A program made the position numbers and the translations under genes. DNA of 64,000 nucleotides from the NCBI GenBank assembly GCA_964016885.1, contig OZ024740.1:102920001-102984000 (forward strand). The letters run 5' to 3'. Every line of letters starts with the position of its first letter. Position 1 is the stretch's first letter. This document shows, piece after piece, positions 37,153-51,547 of the stretch. The DNA is from Eledone cirrhosa (Eukaryota). Under the pieces are notes generated by a model. That model was not told the DNA's origin and did no database searches. It saw nothing but the letters and a program-made list of their open reading frames with translations.

Positions 37153-38789
37153 CTCGGCACTAGGTTTTTTAGACAAGCATAAACACATACATCAGAATGA
37201 CGGGTATATCTATCAATCTAACTAGCTATATTAGTTTAATCACAACAGGGTGTAGAACCCTTTTTTTTTTCTTCTTTTTTTCACATACGTATACCCATGT
37301 GTAGACATTACATGGTCATTGAAAAAGATGCTGACGGCGAAAACACACTATGTAAGATCTGTAGAGAAAGATTCGTAAACCCTGGGTGAAGAACAGAGGT
37401 TGACACAGCAAAATCAAGTTTTATGTCACCTTATAAAAAGACACCTCATTAACGAGAATCTACGTAGGATAGATGTGCATGTGTGTTTATGTATGTATGT
37501 TTGTATGTATGTAATCGGATTATGTTTTTTTTTAAAGCAGTGTGTTAGTGTGTATGTGTTTGAACGTGTACTAGTGTGTGTGAGTGTGTTTATGTATGTT
37601 TGAGTGCTTGTGTCTGTTTGACAATGATAGGCGATTACGATGACGACAACAATGTTGATAATGATACTGAAATGAAATGTGTAGATATTACAGTGGTGGC
37701 GTTAATGGTCGGTCGTTGATCTCTGTGTTGTCAGCACTGTTGAATAACTAATATGTGAAATGTGGTCGAATTCGTAAGAGGGAGAGAGAACACAAGTGAA
37801 TGTGTGTGTTTGTATATATGGGTGTGCACATGTATATATTGTCTTGTGTCTGTATGTTTGTGTGTTGTGTGTTCGAGGGAGAGCTTGGTGTATGTGTGTG
37901 TTATGTTGTATATGTGTGTGTGTGTGTGTGAGAGAGAGATGTGTGTATTGTGCTGTTGTATGTGTGTGTGATAGAGAGAACTGTGTGTGTTGTATATGTG
38001 AGAGAGAAAGAGAGAGAGAACAGCGTGTATGTGTATAGAGAGCTGTGTGATAGAGAGCTGTGTGTATGTGTATGTAGTGTTGTGTGTGTGTGCGTGTGCG
38101 TGTGTGAAAGAGACGAGAGAGAGAGTAGCAACTTTACCCGTCTCGATCTCAAAAAAGCGCTCAGCTGTGTTGAGAGTGAAAGAATAAACAAGGAGACAGA
38201 AAGGGGGAGAGAGTGAGAACGTTAGAATTAGTGAGTGAGTGGCCGAAAGAAAAAGGCGAATGGGAAAAAGTGGGGAAGGAGGAGTGTCGGACGCCTGGGG
38301 AGGAGGAGGAAGAGGGGGAAGAGGAGTGTCAGTGATAGAGTTACATACATATGCACACATAGGGTGTGTATGAGTCTACAAGTCTTACAAGTCTCAGTCT
38401 TTCTCTCTCCCCTTTCTCTCTCTCTCCTTCTCTCTCTCCTCTCTCTCGCTCGCAATTACAACCACTGACTGACTCCCTTTCGCCCAAACTCCATCGCTCC
38501 CTACCCCTGACGTAACACGAGACCTGATGCCAACTCCTGGCTCGGGTGTGTCCTCCTGTGCTTTTGAAATTTACTGTAAAGTCAGACGTTTTTTCTTCAT
38601 TTCTTTCTCCTCTCATTTTCCTTCGGTTGATAGACAGAAAGTTAAATCGATAGAAAGAAAGAAAGGCAGACTGACGGAGTGTGGACAAACAAGTGGATAG
38701 ATATAGTGATAGCTTGATAGTTAAATGGATTGATAGATAGATAGATAGATATAAAAGACACGCGTGCGCTCACACACATATATATGTAC

Positions 38790-38829
<40 letters not shown>

Positions 38830-38961
38830 AGGGTGCTGGGTGGATGTACAATAGTATTTTCTTAATATTATCTTATTGAATCCCTTACTGTGCACTTTAT
38901 TAAATCGCCAACCTCACGATATATAAATCACTCACACACACACACACATCATACACACACT

Positions 38962-39107
38962 CGCACAATTACATTCATATAACCAATACCCCGGCCCAAC
39001 ACACACAATTACAGTCATATAACCAATACCCCGGCCCAACACACACAATTACAGTCATATAACCAATACCCCGGCCCAACACACACAATTACAGTCATAT
39101 AACCAAT
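38962..39107. repeat. Tandem repeat of about 40 bp, about 3.6 copies
   Basis: ACACACAATTACAGTCATATAACCAATACCCCGGCCCAAC. Confidence 0.9.
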
Positions 39108-39203
39108 GCAACACTCCATTACATTACACCATCACGATACTAAGATCACCCTCATAAACATACAAACACATACAATCTTATAACCATTATACACCCCATT
39201 TCA

Positions 39204-39241
<38 letters not shown>

Positions 39242-39528
39242 CGATATAACACACACATTACACTACACCATCTCCGCCACTGCCGATAGTACCAACATGA
39301 CTACCGGCAAGAAACCAATACCGCCAAGTGCACAAACTGCACAATTTATGGCCTCTGTTGCTGCAGAAGTGTTGGTGCAGCTAATCAGACAGCTACAATA
39401 CACACACACACACACACACACGCCCACTCTCCCCATATAAATAGACAGACACACAGAGACTCAAATGTATCTAACGTGTGTTATGTGTGTATGTGTGTGT
39501 GTTCTATTAGGTTTTTACCACACACTCC

Positions 39529-39581
<53 letters not shown>

Positions 39582-40128
39582 TGCACACACACACGCATAT
39601 ATATTCTCATATATATCTAATAAATATGTGGGTGTGTACACGAGTATGTTTTAGGTGTCTGATAAAAGTCCTCTCATCAACTTAGTTTGTTACACCCTAC
39701 ATACCTTTCACTGATCATCACTTTACCCAATCCTTTCTACCCGAAAGACCAACCCTTCAGATTCCTTCCTCGCCCATAATTCTCCTCTAGGAAAACGTTC
39801 CTGTCGAATATAAACCGCATCAATCGCACAAGTCAAGGTGGGTGTGAGACGGTCGTGGGTACTCGATCTTTCTCGCCCTAGCGAAGGCAGCCTTTCTAGG
39901 AGAGCAGTTACGCTGAAAAAATATTGATGCAGGGTAAAGAGGTCTCCTAAGTCCTGACAGACAATTTCCCTTGTGCTGGTGACATAAAAAAAATGCGCTC
40001 AGCCAGAAAACTTTTGCCCCAAAACAAAACTCTGACTAGCACAGTATTAAACATAATTGTGGTCCGAACATAAATAGATAATATATCAGCTCTCACATTA
40101 GATCCTTGTTCACATATATCTAATATAT

Positions 40129-40176
<48 letters not shown>

Positions 40177-40602
40177 TCGTAAACACGCGCACACGTACGT
40201 AAACTGGCGCGACACATACCCGCACATATACGAACGTATACACTAAATCCACACATATATATGTATATGTGTGTGTGTGTATACATATAATTATATATAC
40301 ATATATAAATATACCCGCATAAATGCGTATATAACGCACACACACACATACCTACAGGTAGATAAACATATGTTCACCAAACGTGCATGTACCAAAACCC
40401 TATGTACACATATACACAACATACATGCGTGCAATCACACATACATACTCATACATACCCATATACATACATATATAAAAAAAAAATACATACATATATA
40501 AAAAAAAAAAATACCAACATACCTTCCATATACTGTACCGATTGTGTTGTTATTTCTGTTTACCTTTTACATACATATACATATATACATATACACTCAC
40601 CC

Positions 40603-41253
<651 letters not shown>

Positions 41254-41390
41254 ACCAAAAGAAAACATGAAGACATTCTGTTGTGATGAGCGAAATATAT
41301 GCTAGGATAATTACAATATTATGTGAAGCGAGAACAACTTTTTGCTATGAAAAATCATAAAGTATATAATCAGCACATTGTCCGTTAGGA

Positions 41391-41720
41391 CAGAAGTTCT
41401 CAGAAGTAGGTGCTACAGTACCCACCCATCCCCACGCCACCCAGGGGGGGGGGGGCATTAAGAAGGTCCAGGGGACGCTGGGGTATAAGGGGCGGTGGGG
41501 GAGTGGTAGAAATGATATAATAGTATATTAAATATCAAATGATACATATATATAAATATAGTAAAATGAAAAAAATATGTGTATATTTATACATAGTATA
41601 TATTATATTATTTACAATTTGCATGTAGGCAGGTCTCTCTTGAAATATGAGTGGGAGGCGCTGACGGTATTACGTGGCCGTGACGGAGGGGGGGGGGGGC
41701 AAAAGGTTTGAGAACCTCTG
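41391..41720. mobile_element. hAT/Charlie-type MITE
   Basis: TIRs CAGAAGTTCTCA / TGAGAACCTCTG with a perfect 8-bp TSD CGTTAGGA. Confidence 0.92.
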
Positions 41721-42071
41721 CGTTAGGATATGATGTAGGGCTGTAATAAAAAAAAGTTGTATACAGTTTATGCTTACAAGCTGATATTGCCTCAGAATTT
41801 TTGTTCGTTGGCGTAAAGTATTTCCAGGGCTTCGGCGACGTAAAGATCACACGGTCTTTTATTTCCATTATCGGATCTATCTTTAACTAAGATCCCCCAG
41901 TGTAACCTATATTGGGTGTGATTATCTTTAAAACTGCAGATATAGGCTGAAAGTGAAGTCATATTCCTTCTTAAAGGTTACAATGTGTATGTCTGTGTGC
42001 GTGTGGTATAATCTATATATCATCATCATCGTTTTTACGTTCGTTTTTGCATGCTTACATATGTATGTATA

Positions 42072-42403
42072 TCTATATATTACTAAAACTCCGTGATTGT
42101 GTGCTTGTCTGTAATTTAATACAGCCAAAACGGCGTATAATGGGAAAATATTTGAAAGGAAGTTGCCTCTGAAATGAGAATACAAATGGAATAAAATAAG
42201 TTTCGCGTAAATCGGAGCACGGGTTCCCGAGATACGGACTTTTTCCGGGTACCTTTATAAATAGAGAGAAAGAGATAGTGGTTGTGAGAGAGTAGATTGA
42301 AAAAGAGAGAGACAGAGGGAGATAGGGAGAGAGGAAGAGAGAGAGAGAGAGGGAGAGAGAGAGAGAGAGAGGAAGAGAGAGAGAGAGAGGGAGAGAGAGA
42401 GAT

Positions 42404-42483
<80 letters not shown>

Positions 42484-42775
42484 GGTGTTGTTGTTGAATG
42501 AAATAATAACAGGTGACTTCAAAGAATCGAATATAGCATTACTGTATCTAGATCGAATTTGGTGACTGAATAAAAGTCATATGTATCATATAACTTGTGA
42601 TAGGACAGGATGTGTATAGCGAATATTTCCTGCTAAATAGGAAGAGTTTCTAAGTGTGTGTATGTATATGTGTGCCTGTATATATATATATATATTTGTG
42701 TGTGTGTGTGTGAGTGTGTGTGAGTGTGTGTGTGTGTACGTTTGTGTCTGTGACCAGTGTATATAGGTCACAGGC

Positions 42776-42815
<40 letters not shown>

Positions 42816-42958
42816 CCACACATATATATGTATATACACACACATACATATATATATATACACGCACACACATTTATATATACATGTCTGTGTAGTATAT
42901 TTTAATTATTTAAAAATTATCTTAAAGTAAACGTGACCCAACGGGTCACGGGTGTCCT
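42072..42958 (+). mobile_element. Non-autonomous Helitron-like element, copy 1
   Basis: 5' end A|TCTATATATTACTAAAAC and 3' hairpin CGTGACCC-AAC-GGGTCACG. Colinear with 50606-51383. The terminal CTAG is decayed. Confidence 0.7.
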
Positions 42959-43051
42959 TCTGTATCTCTCTGTACATATATATGTATGTTTGAATACACA
43001 CACACACACACACATATAGATATATATTTATACATACATATATATATATTT

Positions 43052-43100
<49 letters not shown>

Positions 43101-43143
43101 CATACATACATATATATATATATATACATACATATATATATTT

Positions 43144-43184
<41 letters not shown>

Positions 43185-43234
43185 GACACACATATATATA
43201 TATATAAACACACCCACACATATAAATGGAGTTA

Positions 43235-43525
43235 CTCCGTCGGTTATGACGACGAGTATTCTATCAACTGAACAGCCTACTCGTGAAATTAACGTGAAAG
43301 TGGCTGAGCATTCCTCACAACTGCGTATCCTTGGCGTAGTTCTAAGAGAGATTCAGTGTGACACAGTATGTGACAAGGTTGGTCCTTCGAATTACAGGTA
43401 CAATTCATCTTTGCCAGCTGAGTAGACTGGAGCAATGTGAAATAAAGTGTTTTACTCAAGGACACAACGCGCCGCTGGGAATCCAACTCATGACCTTACG
43501 ATTGTGAGCCAAATACCCAAAGCAC
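43235..43525 (-). mobile_element. SINE family 2, near full length
   Basis: Homologous to 16330-16575 and 13700-13880. Confidence 0.75.
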
Positions 43526-43566
43526 GCACTCTCACACACATAAGTGCATATAGAAACACGCACACA

Positions 43567-43627
<61 letters not shown>

Positions 43628-43756
43628 GTATATATATATATATTAATAAACACACACATATATATATATATACACGCGCACACACACGCACACGCACACA
43701 CGCGCACACACACACACACACACACATACACACACACACACAGATATATATATATA

Positions 43757-43791
<35 letters not shown>

Positions 43792-44649
43792 ATATATGAT
43801 GGCTGCCCCCTCGTTATCGAGTATGGCCATTGCGCGATATACCATTATTAATAATTATCAATTAATGCTATCGTGCAATGCCTGTGCGTGAAGATATTTT
43901 TTAAAGTGAGGAAAGACTGTGCACTGAGCCAATCCCTCTCTCTGAGTGACAGTAGCTATAACCCGAAAAGAAGAAAAGATCAACATCATCGGTAACTACT
44001 GAGCCGCAGGTTTTATATCGGAGTTATCCCAGTTTCCTGAGTTGCCTTCTCCTAGAAGAATGCCCTGAGAAAGGCTAGGGGTCCTTCATTCCCAGTGGTT
44101 TAACCACACGATCGAGTGTCCAGCCCGACTATTTCTATGTCCCCGCGCATATACATACACATATACATATACATACATATGTACATATACATATATATGT
44201 ACATATACATACATATGTACATGTGTATAGACATATTTACACACTTTTGGATGGCCGTTGACTCTTATGAGTTCTTCAGCCCTTTGTCGGGTTTTGTTTT
44301 TTGTTCTGCAGGGTGTCCAAAATCACCCTCCTCACCAAGTAAACTTGGTGGGGTTGCCGGTTTAGTCGCCAACGACCCGACCATGCGACAGGTTGTACTG
44401 GGTTACATATTACCAGTAGCACTCAAGAGTAACCCGACATATACACACATACACATATACATATAAACACACACACTCATATACATATAAACACACACAC
44501 TCATATACATATAAACACACACACTCATATACACAGCCACTTTACTGTGAAACCCAATATTAAAACATATTTCTTCCCTCCTACAATTATTTTGTTACTC
44601 TCTCCCAATATATTACCCCTCTCTCACTAAAATATTATACTTTTTTCAC

Positions 44650-46840
44650 GCTCTCTATATACCAGTACATGCCTCACTCTCTCTCTCACTCTCTCACACT
44701 AGACCACAAAACTCTCCCCCACTCTATATATCCCACTACATAACTCACTTTCTCTCACTCTCACAATACCCCCTCTCTCATTACACCGCACAAAATTCTC
44801 CTCCTCTTTATATACCACTACATACCTCACTCTCTATCATTCTCACAATTCCTCCTCTCTCAATAAACCACCAAACTCTCTACCACCCTCTATATCCCGC
44901 TACATACCTCACTCTCTCACAATTCACCCGCTCATACTAGATCACCAAATTCTCTCCCTCACTCTCTATCACACTCCTAATTCCCACTCTCTCACTAGCC
45001 CACCAAACTCTCTCCTCACTATATTCCACTATATGCTTCACTCTCTATCGCTTTCAAAATTACACCTCTCTCACAATACCCCCTCTCTCACTAGGCCAAT
45101 AAAGTCTCAATCCTCTCTATAACCCACTATATACCTCACTCTCTCTCATAATTCCTTCTCTCTCACTAGACCAACAAATTATCTTCCCCTCTCTATATAC
45201 CACTGCATACCTCACTCTCTTTTGCTCTCTTAAATCCCCCTCTCTCATTAAACCAATAAATTCTCTCCCGTTCTCTATATCCCAATACATATCTCACTCT
45301 CTCTCTCACAATTCCCCTTCTCTCACGAGACTACCAAATTCTCTCCCTCTCTCTATAATCCACTACATACCTCACTTTATCTCATTCTCACAACACCACC
45401 TCTCTCACTAAACCAACAAATTCTCTCCCCCTCTCTATATCCCACTACACACTTCACTTTCTCTCATAATTCCCCCTCTCTCACTAGACCACAAAATTCC
45501 CTCCCTCTCTCTATAACCCACTACATCTCTCATTCTCTCTCACTCTTACAATACCCTCTCTCTCACTAAACCCACAAATTCTTTTCCCCTGTCTATATTT
45601 CACTACATGCCACACTCTCTCTCACAATTCCCCCTCTCTCACTCAAACAACACTCTCCCCCTCACTACATACCTCTACATACCTCACTCTCTCACAATTC
45701 CCCCTCTCACACTGTACCACTAATCTATCTCCCCCTCTCTATATCCTACTACATACCTCACTCTCTTTCACAATTCCCCCTCTCTCACCCAGCCACCAAA
45801 TTCTCTTCCCCTCTCTATATACCACTATATACCCTACTCTCTCTCACTTTCTTAATTTCTCCTCTCTCATTAAACCAACAAACATTATCCCTCTCTCTCT
45901 ATCCTACAACCTATCTCACTCTCTCTCACAATTCCTCCTCTCTCACTAGACCAACAAATTCACCCACCCCCATTTCTCTATATCTTACTACATACCTCAC
46001 TCTCTCTACCTATTCCCGCTCTCACTAAAACAATAAACTCTCTCTCCCTCACTCTATACCATTACATACTTCACTCTTTCTCAAGCCCCTCTTTCACTAG
46101 ACCACTAATCTCTCTCCCCCACTCTATATCGCACTACATACCTCACTCTCTCTCACAATTCCCTCTCTCTCACTAGACCACCAAATTCACGCCTCATCTC
46201 TATATTCCACGACATAACTTTCTCTCTTTAATGCTCTTAATTCCCCCTCTCTCACTAAACCAACAAATACTCTCCTGCTCTCTATAACCCACTACATATC
46301 TCACTCCCTCTCACTCTTACAATATCCTCTCTCTCACTAAACCCACACATTCTCTCCCCCTGTCTATATTTCACTACATGCCACACTCTCTCATAATTCC
46401 CCTCTCACTCAAACAACACTCTCCCCCTCACTATATACCACTACATACCTCACTTTCTCACAATTTCCCCTCTCATACTAGACCACTAATCTATCTCCCC
46501 CTCTCTATATCCTACTACATACCTCACTCTCTTTCACAATTCCCCCTCTCTCATTCAGCCACCAAATTCTCTTCCCCTCTCTATATGCCACTATCTACCC
46601 TACACTCTCTCACTCTCTTAATTTCTCCTCTCTAATTAATCTAACAAACGCTCTCCCTCACTCTCTATCCTATTACCTATCTCACTCTCTCTCACTCTCA
46701 CAATACCCTCTCACTAAACCAACAAATTCTCTCCCGCTCTCTATATTCCCAATACATATCCCACTCTCTCTCTCTCTCACAATTCCCCCCTCTCTCACTA
46801 GACCACCATATTCTCTTTCCCTCTCTATATCCCACTACAA
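44650..46840. repeat. Degenerate strand-asymmetric minisatellite, unit about 75-85 bp, almost G-free on the plus strand
   Basis: Consensus approximately CACTACATACCTCACTCTCTCTCACAATTCCCCCTCTCTCACTAGACCACCAAATTCTCTCCCCCTCTCTATATCC. Confidence 0.9.
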
Positions 46841-47113
46841 TATGTTTTACTTTGAAACAACAAATGTCTTCATCTTCTGTAAAGAACGACAAAGTACTCC
46901 ATCACTTCACCCACCGTCTGAATCACTGGGGTGTGGGGGAGTTATTTCTTTTTTTTTTCTAGTGTACAGGGATTTGACAGGGATTTAAAATATTTGGTGT
47001 TGGCCGGTGGTAGTGGTGATGTGATGGTGTTGGTAGTAGTGTGGTGGTGGTGGTAGTGCCGTGCTGTTGGTGGCGTTTGTTTATTTCGAATCTATCTATC
47101 TATCTATCTCAGA

Positions 47114-47393
47114 AAATGGTCCGAGTAATTGGGCCTTCTCTGTTTATAAGCCTGTAGGTTGAAGAAGAGAGCAAAAGGAAGAAAGGAGCACTTGCACAAC
47201 ACGCTCCTGGAGTTGAGGGTTGTTCTATCGACGGGGTATTAAACAACCCATTTGTGCCCCCCCCCCCCTATTGGGGATTTCGATTGTTGTAATTGTTTGT
47301 TTTTATATTTTTTACACGACTGTATGTAAAATCCCCGGCATGTCTTTGTATTGTCCCCTTTTCTTGTGCGCTCTTGTGGCTAATAAAGAAATA
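47114..47393 (+). mobile_element. 280-bp 5'-truncated Tx1 copy with 13-bp TSD
   Basis: Last ORF2 codons plus 3' UTR, flanked by TATCTATCTCAGA at 47101-47113 and 47394-47406. Confidence 0.9.
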
Positions 47394-47596
47394 TATCTAT
47401 CTCAGATAGTCTGGACGTGTACCACTTTGCTGGTAAGTTTTTTGTTTATTTTTGTATGCAAAAAACAGGAACTTTTTGTTAAAAAATACATTGTTTCGCT
47501 GAATTGTCAGCTGGGCCGTAATCTCATTTTTCGCCCAACGGGGGAGGAAATTTAATTTGAAAAATTTTCAAAAAATTGAATATTTTGCTATCGATA

Positions 47597-49346
47597 ATGG
47601 CTAGCTTAGTAGAAGGAACGCTAGCTGACGACAAAAGTAGAGAGAGAAAGGCAGAGAGTAATGTTGCTGCAACCTCTGCCTGTATAGACGTTACTATGGT
47701 GACAAATAGTGACAACAAAGTTTTGTTTCGCCAAGAAGCCGAAAAATGCAACTTACAAGATGGACCACACAGCTTACAACAGACATCAAAAACCACAAAA
47801 AATGAAACAATTTACACAACCACGACAACCACAACAACACCAAAAAAAAAAATAACATTTGCACAAACAGAATCTTGATATCTCCAATGCGAGGGAAATT
47901 TGTAATTTTCGAAGAGAAGGGTGGGTTTAAGATACCCCCCCCCCCCCCGGAAATCAGATTTGAAACACTTCGAAGGACGGTTACCTTCAGAACTGTTTCA
48001 AATGAGACAAGAAAGTCGGGATTCGTCAGTCGGGGGGAAATAGAAACAACGTTGAAGGAGGTTTTGCCGGATATAGACTTTATGCAGAGGGCCAGATAGT
48101 ATGGAAGCATTTCGGTGCTCCTCAAAAGCGAAGCCCTCGCACAGAAATATTCAGAAATGCCAATAAGTTCCAATAAATACACCTTTTTCCCGACCTACCT
48201 GGGAAAAAGGACCCCAAAAAAATCAAAATTTCGAATATACCACCAAATATTAATATTTGGTGGATTTTTGGCAGGATTTTTAGAGGAGGGAGAGGACACC
48301 ATCCTCTCCATAAAACAATTAACCAGACACACGTGGTCTGGTACAAATTTGGAGATTCTGGTGCAAATGAGGCCGGAGAGAATATCCAAAATACCTGAAA
48401 GAGTACTGATGGATAACAACAGCCACATAAACATTTCAACAGATAAGGAGGCCACACTGCTTTCGATGTGACAGAACATCACATTTAAAGGCCTCCTACC
48501 ATTTACAGAGAAACTTAAAAAAACAAGCCAAAAAAATACTCTTGCCAACACCAACACCAAAACCACCACCACGACAACAACAACAACACCACACAAAACA
48601 AGCAAACACACCAAAACAAACAACCACTCTACCAAGAACAACAACAAAAAACACAGACAACTCCCCTGAAGTACACAGTCCCACCCATCCCACTCCATCC
48701 AACACTACCACAAACACACGCACAAAAATACCATCACCACACAACATACCCCCACCGCACACTCCTGATGACGATTACTCATCAACAGACGAAGATACTT
48801 CTCCATACCCAAGCGAGGATGAAGGAGAGCATCCGAAATAAAAACAAAAACAAAAAGAGAAACACCGCAAAGCCACAAAACCACCAATCACCAACACAAA
48901 CACACAACCACCGACACAAACAACAACACAAACAACACCACAATCAAACATCCCTCTACCAGCAAAACAAACACCAACACCACCCCAAACACAAACACCT
49001 ACCATAAAAAGAAAACTCCCAATAAACAACAAACAAAAACACAAACAACAGTACGCATACATCAACACCAGCAACAAAAATTTGATGGAGGCCATCTCCA
49101 AAAACCCAAGGTGGAGACCGAGGGGAAAACTTTCGTAAAATCGGAATCAGAACCACACCTCAAACTAATAAGAGTTTCCATGGAAACTTACAGCCAACTA
49201 AAAACGAATTTTCGCAGGACGTCGGCAACCCCTGTCAAAAACCTATTAACCGCGTCCTATTAAAATGTTTCCCCACCCCACCCAACACCACCACCAGCAC
49301 CCAAATGGAGATTAAACAACCCGATCTCTAGGAAACGAAAAGGTAA
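47597..49346 (+). pseudogene. Tx1 ORF1 (Gag-like), frameshifted
   Basis: MASLVEG start, a zinc-knuckle remnant CFRCDRTSHLKASY at about 48457-48498, a Thr/Pro/Gln-rich linker, and a C-terminus homologous to 8721-9000. Confidence 0.8.
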
Positions 49347-49387
49347 GTGCATCTTTTCGTCCTTTTTCGCCAACTCTTCTCCACCAA

Positions 49388-50330
49388 CATAGCTAATTTA
49401 CGAGTTGGAAGTGTGAATGTGCGTGGCCTAGGGATGCCCTGGAAACAGAGCCAACCTTTAAACGACCTTAGGTCACACGGTATGGATGTGATAGCCATCA
49501 CCGAGTCCAGGATCCACAACAGGCAGCAACTAACCCCCATCTTCAATGACTTTGAGATCTACGCATCTCTCTGTCAGCCAGGAGGTGGAGGGGGAGTGGC
49601 TGTCATGTTTCGGAAAAACCTGGACCTCGAAATACAGCAAGTACACTTGGACCCGGAGGGTAGGCTGGTAGTCCTAGACGTGAACGGTGTTGGAGGTGGA
49701 GCCTTCAGACTGGTGGCCGTTTATGCCCGGACTGGGCAATCGCGGTCAGACTTCTTTAAGCGTCTAGAGTCTTTTCTGGGAACGTCTCGCTCCTTGCTTT
49801 TAGTGGGGGACTGGAATGGTATCCTAGACGTACGATGGGACTATGTAGCAACATGTCCCAGTAGAGGGAGGTGCAACAGCCTCAAAAATTTAATCGGCCA
49901 ATTCCAACTGGCCGATAGGTATCGACTAGATTCCCGACTGCACCACAGTGGACGTGGACAAACCGCAACAGGACATTTAGATCGTATTTAGATAGGTTCT
50001 TTATTAGAGAGAGAGAGACAAGAAGATGTTAAACTGTCCACAAATGTACATGGTTGCCTATTCAGACCACAAACTAGTCACCTGCATAGTCAACCATGAT
50101 AGAACACATAGACAAGGACCCGGATACTGGAAGCTGAACATGTCGTTACCGACCCGTAAAGCCTACAGTGAACGGTAAGTAGATTAGTTAAGCAACAGTT
50201 GACGGGAGCCATCGTCAACAATAGATGCTGGTACTCTCTCAAGAGAGCAATTAGGTGAAAGGTGGGTGAATGTAGCAAGAATGGCCTGAGTGATTGGGCC
50301 TTCTCTGTATATAAACATGTGGGTTGAAGA
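49388..50330 (+). pseudogene. Tx1 ORF2 remnant (APE endonuclease; RT deleted)
   Basis: LRVGSVNVRGL, ITESR, SLCQPGGGGGV, LLLVGDWNGILD, YSDHKLV and GPGYWKLN, then SLKRAIR joined to ERWVNVARMA. The start ATG is mutated to ATA. Confidence 0.92.
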
Positions 50331-50548
50331 AGAGAGCAAAACGAAGAAAGGAGCACTTGCACAACACGCTCCTGGAGTTGTTCTATTGACGGAGTATTAA
50401 GCAACCCATTTGTAACGCCTCCCCTCTATTGGGGATTTCGATTGTTAAATTTGTTTTAATAATATTTTTACACGACTGTATTTAAAATCCCCCGCATGTG
50501 TCTTTGTATTGTCCCCTTTTCTTGTGCGCCCTTGTGGCAAATAAAGAA

Positions 50549-50605
<57 letters not shown>

Positions 50606-50610
<5 letters not shown>

Positions 50611-51151
50611 ATACTACTAAAACTCTGTGATTGTGTACTTGTCTGTAATTTAATACAGCCAAAACTGTGCATAATGGGAACATACTTTGAAAGGAAGTTG
50701 CTCCTGAAATGGGAATACAAACGTAATAAAACAATTTTCGCGTAAATCGGAGCACGGTTTCCCGAGACACGAGGTTTTTCCAGGTACCTTCATAAATAGA
50801 GAGAACGAGATAGTGGTTGTGAGAGAGTAGAATGAAAGAGAGACAGAGAGAGGGAGAGAGAAGGAGACAGAGAAGGAAAATGAAAGAGAGAGAGAGATGG
50901 TGGTGTTATTGAATGAAATTATAACAGTTGACTCCAAAGAATCGAATACAGCATTACTGTATCTAACTAAAATTTGGTGACTGAATATTAAGTCATATGT
51001 ATCATATAACTTGTGTTAGGACAGGATGTGTGTAGTAAATATTTCATGCTAAATAGGAAGGGTTTCTAAGTTTGTGTGTGTGTGTATATATATATATGTG
51101 TGTGTGTCTGTGACCAGTGTATATAGGTCACAGACACCCACATATATATAT

Positions 51152-51232
<81 letters not shown>

Positions 51233-51383
51233 TATATATATATATGTGGGTCTTCCAATTTCATTTTACATTATATACACGTCTGTGTATATTTTGATTA
51301 TCTAAAAATTATTTGTAAGTAATCATGATTTCAAAAAAATTATTTTTAAGTGAACGCAACCCAACAGATCACGGGTGGTCTAG
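50606..51383 (+). mobile_element. Non-autonomous Helitron-like element, copy 2
   Basis: 5' end TCTATATACTACTAAAAC and 3' end ...ATCACGGGTGGTCTAG|T. Colinear with 42072-42958. Confidence 0.75.
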
Positions 51384-51512
51384 TATATATATATACATGT
51401 TCAGAATTGTATTGGAGGGTAACCACTGCTAAAAAAAAAAGGTACTCAATACGTACATTGGTAGACTATAGGCATCTTTATTTTATATACAGTAGAAATG
51501 ACTTCTACAGGG

Positions 51513-51547
51513 CTAGAACTGTTTCATTTGTATGAAATCATCAGTAG
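51513..51547 (-). ncRNA. Minimal hammerhead-like motif (26751-family module)
   Basis: Minus strand reads CTA-CTGATGA-TTTCATACAAAT-GAAA-CAGT-TC-TAG, with a 3-bp stem I. Confidence 0.55.

Larger units (their letters stand above)
47403..50550 (+). mobile_element. Tx1-like LINE with intact-looking 5' end, decayed ORF1 and internally deleted ORF2
   Basis: 5' UTR, ORF1 47597-49346, endonuclease region 49388-50255, then a jump to the final ORF2 codons, the 3' UTR and (TCTA)n at 50550-50610. Confidence 0.93.

Noticed and set aside
43910-44440. Two unique-looking GC-richer islands, possibly RTE-related UTR fragments or exons
   Set aside because: No interpretable ORF or terminal structure, so they cannot be assigned without a database search.
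47114-50550. LTR-like terminal direct repeats around the Tx1 element
   Set aside because: The upstream repeat has its own 13-bp TSD and is a separate truncated insertion of the same LINE family.
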